This document shows, in pieces, positions 61,480-64,000 of a DNA stretch of 64,000 bases. Numbering within the stretch: position 1 is the stretch's first letter; each line of letters opens with the position of its first letter. The position numbers and the translations under genes are program-made. Below the pieces are notes generated by a model. The model saw nothing but the letters and a program-made list of their open reading frames with translations. It ran no database searches and had not been told where the DNA came from. Source of the stretch: Malacoraja senta (lineage: Eukaryota). The stretch lies in contig CM075985.1 in NCBI GenBank assembly GCA_038087875.1, positions 186,001 through 250,000 of the forward strand, given 5' to 3'.

Positions 61480-61930
61480 AAGTGGAAATGATTGAGAGCT
61501 TTGTGTTCCTTGGCATGAATATATCCAATATTCGGTCATGGACTGGCCACATAGCCAAGGAGGCACACCAACACCTCTACTTCCTCAGGAGACTGAGGAT
61601 ATTCATCATGTCTCTGGTGACTCCAGCAAACATCTATAGATGCCGCTAGAGAAAGCATGTTGTTGGGTTGCATCACATCTTGATTTGGGAACTGCACTGC
61701 CCAAGACTGCAAGAATATATAAAGAGTTAAAGATCATCACACAGCCCAGACTTCCCAGTATTGACCCAATCTACACCAGGTACCCTTGGAAAACGAGACT
61801 TATCCCACCTTTCTCACATTCCTCCTTCCTGCTCCCATCAGGCAATAGGTACTGAAAGTTGAAAATAAGCACTGCCAGACTCAGGAACACCCCCTTTCCA
61901 CCTGTTAACAGGCTTCGGAAGGGTCCTTCC
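61480..61930 (+). mobile_element. Degenerate Rex1-type LINE 3' fragment
   Basis: AHQHLYFLRRLR and HPFPHSSFLLPSG.RY-like remnants. Confidence 0.65.
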
Positions 61931-63842
61931 ATAATGTAGGTTTAATGCCCGATTCACCTCAACCTCATTGAACATTGAACATTGTCCATGGAACTGATGT
62001 GTTACAATGCTGAGAACTATATTCTGTACTCTGTATCCTCCTCTTTGCTCTATCTATTGTTTTTGAGTTTTTTATTTATCTATAGTATTATCTAATTTGT
62101 TTGGATAGCATACAAAACAAACCTTTGCACTGTATCTTGAAACATCTGACATTAATAAAACTAAACCTAATGAAGTAAGTTCCCTGACGCAAGTTACAGA
62201 TTCAGCAACGAAAAATATAACTGCCTGACAAACAGCGATCGTAGTAGTTTGATTCGAGGTACGCTGCACTAACCTACACAAATGTTCACTTTTGAAGATT
62301 CCCTCGAACAATGCACAATTAAGGAATCTGATGTTTCACTCTGAAGACTGTTGACATACTCCAGAACTTAATTTTCAACCTATCTATGTATCATCAGCAA
62401 TCTAGGCTACAGCGCCATCAGTCCCTTCATCTGCTCTTAATACTAACGATAAGTAGTTCACTTTCTTGCATTGATTCCCATCCTGCAGTTGCAGTTTCCC
62501 AACCTGAACACTCCTTTAAGACTCTGCTTGCTCTTAATTGTTTTTCCATTCATGCTAATTATTACCCCCAATGTCATAAGCCATGTGCCTTTGCATCACT
62601 TGATCAGATATCTTATGAAAATCCAGATATTCTGGCGACATCTGGTGGTCAGGCCACTTATTGCTAGAACTCTCGTCAGGGGAGCTGGGACTGTCACGTG
62701 ACAGGGTTTTGGTGGGAGTTGGTGATGAGTTAATCGCCAGTCAACTGGTGTGCCCGATTACAACGGCAGGAACTTTGCTCAAGTCCTTACTAAACACGAG
62801 TGTGCCAAAACTGTATTTCTTTTAAAAAAAACATTGATTTGTTCACGACGCTTGGATCTCTACAATATATTGTATTTCTTTTGTTTCTCATTCCAATTTT
62901 GTTACCTATTCTGCTTTTCCATCATTTTGTTTTTGAATTTTAGGCTGTGCACACCTGCAAACTACTGCTGCTCAAATATACATTGTCTACGGGTTCCTGT
63001 TGCATTTTCAAAGAATTCTAATCAATTTCTCAAACAAAGTTTGAAGAAGGGTCCGTAAACGAAATGTCACCTGTCCATGTGTAGGGAGAAACTGCAAATG
63101 CTGGTTTACACTCAAGATGGACTCAAATTGCTGGAATAACTCAGCTGGTCAGGCAGCATTTCTGGAGAAAAAGAATAGATGATGTTTCGGGTCACGATCC
63201 TTCTGACTGAGTCCATGTTCGCCAGAGATGTTGCCTATTCCGCTGAGTTACTCCAGCATTTTTTGTCTATCATGTATATTCTTTCCACTGACTGGTTAGC
63301 ATGAAACAAAAGCTTTTCACTGTACCTCAGTACTCATGACAATAAACTAAACTAAAGCTTTTGTGTAAATCAGTATCTGCATCTCTTTCTTTCTACAATT
63401 TTCCTGTTAATGCACTTTATTGTTTAGTTATTACTTAAATGTTCTGCCATTACTGAAAGGAATCCAGCATTTTCCCCAAAACAGATGTTAGTTTATATAG
63501 GGTTAAAGCTTTCTGCTTTCAATGCACCTTCTTTCATGAATTAAGTTGTGGCTGTGATGGTGCCATAGATCATAGAGTTGTACAGAACAGATATTGCCCC
63601 TTTGCCATGTTGCAGAACTCCATGATTCAAAACAACATATTTATTATATATGTTGAAAAGTGCCAAAGATAGACACAAAATGCTGGAGTAACTCAGTGGT
63701 CAGGTAGCATCTCTGGAGAAAAGGAATAGGTGGCGTTTTGGGTCGAGACCCTTCTTCACCCTGAAGTCTTCAGACAGTGCCAATCTATTTAGCTGCACAG
63801 CTTAGCAATTGATTTGTAAAATTATGCATTCTTATTTTTCAG

Positions 63843-63950
63843 AAGGAAATAGAAAGAAAGACAGGCACATAGGCCTTATTGCCGTGTGTGTGCTGATATT
63901 GCTGGCTATTGTTTTGGCAGTAATTGTTTGGTGGAGAAAAAAGAGGAGAG
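63843..63950 (+). CDS. Connecting peptide/transmembrane exon of the same gene, phase 1-1, 108 nt
   Basis: ttatttttcag|...|gtaag. In frame with the C1 exon: EGNRKKDRHIGLIAVCVLILLAIVLAVIVWWRKKRR, a ~21 aa hydrophobic helix plus a basic stop-transfer. Confidence 0.88.
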
Positions 63951-64000
63951 GTAAGATGGAAAAATTGTGATGAACTGTTGCTAGTAAAGGTATTGGGCTT

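Overview
Repeat-dense eukaryotic DNA from a cartilaginous fish, probably a skate or ray. This is inferred from HE1/V-SINE-like SINEs, shark-type CR1 LINEs, Penelope tails and a shark-type MHC exon. About 21 kb of the right half (31537-52805) is a roughly 97-98% identical segmental duplicate of 1-16193. Each copy carries a 5'-truncated epsilon-like ERV (RNaseH-IN, env, 3' LTR; minus strand). After duplication, copy 2 gained a nested Rex1 fragment and a full-length L2/Crack-type LINE. That LINE has clustered A-to-G changes (an ADAR-like hyper-editing fossil) and a 5' extension inside its TSD. Copy 2 ends at a second, two-LTR ERV (52806-58938, plus strand, tRNA-Pro PBS) whose interior is a mosaic, strongly C-depleted block. 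The only clear host exons are an MHC class I-like alpha3/C1-set exon (59792-60058) and a transmembrane exon (63843-63950); no convincing alpha1/alpha2 exons lie upstream in the window. A diverged ~0.5 kb tandem-repeat relic with possible 18-nt micro-exons lies at 16.9-26.3 kb. All alignments, counts and family assignments were made by eye or from memory of family motifs; TE boundaries are approximate unless a TSD is given.
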